This document shows positions 62,301-64,000 of a stretch of 64,000 nucleotides of DNA, one piece after another (the first letter of the stretch is position 1; every line of letters begins with the position of its first letter). The notes below the pieces were generated by a model. That model saw nothing but the letters and a program-made list of their open reading frames with translations, was not told the origin of the DNA and did not search any database. Origin of the DNA: Selaginella moellendorffii (Eukaryota; Plantae; Lycopodiophyta); contig NW_003314273.1 in the NCBI RefSeq assembly GCF_000143415.4, forward strand, positions 1,642,052-1,706,051, written 5' to 3'. Made by a program: the position numbers and the translations under genes.

Positions 62301-64000
62301 GGCCAACATATTCACTGGGATGGCATGGGGCCCCACGCGATACTGCAAGCCTTTGCTCCTCCTCCAGCTGAACCCTGTATGGGGTTCGATCGACAAGGGC
62401 CTTATGCAAGGGTTGGCCGTTCAGCTCAGTCTGCGCACTTTGCAGAGACCTTAAGTGTTTTGCTAGGGACGCAATCATCATGTTTGCACCTCCGCCACCC
62501 CATAGAGGTATAAAGAAGTTCCCATAGTTCTGGGCACCATGCCCATGAGCGATTATGCCAAACAGAGACACAGGCAGCTGCATGGATGAAGAGATTGCCT
62601 TGGGGGCAGGATTGAGTCGAGGTAAGCACGTCTTTTTCTGGTCCATTTTATCGTGGATGATGCAGAGGTAAGAGTCAGGTCTCTCCATGGAGAGAATCCT
62701 GTTATGATAATATGCAGTCCTGCAGCTTCTCTGCTCGATGTTGTGGTCGAGCCGCCTTCTAACCAACGTCTCTCGCTCTTGAGCGATGCAAGAATTCTTC
62801 GACAAAGCCATTTTGATAGCAGTGCACTCGTCACACTTTGAAAAGCTGGAGTACTTTCCTATACTCACATCCCTGAACCTATTGCTCCACAATCTACTAA
62901 ATCTAGATTGGCTCAGCTTCCTGTAGCCATTACTCTGGAGTTCCCGATTCACATCTTCCAATATGGCCCCCTTGGTATACATGGAAGGGAGAACTCGTTG
63001 GGTGTCTCGAGTTCCATCTTCTAAGAGGCGGGTTTTATGTGGTTGCCGCTCACTACATGTCTCGACAAACCTCTTGAAGATTGCCACTCCATATACAACA
63101 TGACCCCTGGTTTTATGAGTACCGTCGTTCCCATGGACTGCCTATTGAACCCTTTGTTCCTCGAACTCAGTTTTGATTCTGTAGAATGTGGTTCGAGGGA
63201 CTCCATAAATGATTCTCCATGCCTTCATGCAGACCAAACCCCTCTGGAAGACCATGCCCCCCACCTGATGTTCTGAAGCATCAACAGATGACCGTAATGC
63301 CTCATACACAAAATTGCGAGCTGCCTTCCAGGACAATGTCTTGTATCTTGCTCTCTCCTCTTCAATAGCATCCCAATCAGCATGTTGACAGCACCTCCTC
63401 TTGCAACAAGCAACTGTCGAGACCATTCGAACCTCCATCGCCATTTTCTGCCTTTTCGGTTCGTTGCTCAGATCCCTTTGGCTGCGCTTTAGGAAGGTGT
63501 ACTTTCTTTTCCCATGAAGAGATGTTCTGTCATCAGTTGTAGTGGTGTTTGATTGTGAATCCTTCACATTCTCAAACACTAAGTGCCTCAATTTCCACCG
63601 CACAATGCTTCCAATAGTCAGACTGTTTTCTTCTGTGTCAACAACCTCTAAAATCGCAACTCCAATATCATCCTAGCCCAATTCTTGATTAGCAACCGCA
63701 TCTCTTGGATCGACAACTGTGGCTAAGCCCTCAGCTACCACCTCCCCCTCGGGGTTGTTTAGAAACACCTTTGCCTGAATCCATGTAGCACAGTTCTTAA
63801 GATCCACGGAGGGAACATGCGTCGCACTTGCGCTGTCCCCAACATCTGCTTTCTTCTGAAGATTTTTCAAGGCAACAACAACATTTACCCCGACGACCAT
63901 CTCTCCTCGTTCAATAGCGACCACATTCCCATCGAAGACAGTCTCTACTGATACAGCAGCATTGCCTTCCCTAAGCCTTTGACAGTGTATAACAAAGTTC
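59384..64000. mobile_element. Second copy of the Sola1-like element (left TIR 59384-59407; continues beyond window)
   Basis: Near-identical to 38585-43180, offset by ~20.8 kb, with a different left flank. Confidence 0.93.
60942..64000 (-). pseudogene. Sola1-like transposase, copy 2, with nonsense codons at 63673, 63142 and 61177
   Basis: ORF pieces of 83, 153 and 636 aa lie in one frame. HEDVD is changed to HEDVN. It retains the 22 bp deleted in copy 1. Confidence 0.85.

Overview
Transposon-saturated eukaryotic DNA with no recognisable host gene. It is almost certainly from a land plant: it carries TTTAGGG repeats, a Cassandra-like 5S-containing LTR, tRNA-iMet PBSs and chromovirus relics. 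Most of the window is a nest of Ty3/gypsy LTR retrotransposons from three LTR families, labelled A, B and C here. It also holds a 4-LTR tandem TRIM array and a Harbinger transposase fragment. The standout is a 13.2-kb TIR DNA transposon (38585-51800), with a second near-identical copy starting at 59384 and running off the window. It encodes a Sola1-like DDD transposase on the minus strand. Divergently, it encodes a multi-exon cargo gene with a ParB/Srx-like domain, a degenerate beta-class amino-methyltransferase-like domain, an acidic linker and an FCP1/NIF-type HAD phosphatase. The element is studded with more than 20 copies of a 22-bp palindrome (ATGGCRTG-N6-CAYGCCAT), several of them inside 47-56 bp introns. 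This suggests a transposon-encoded protein plus binding-site system (parS-like or anti-silencing). All domain and family calls were made by eye from motifs and need HMM confirmation.
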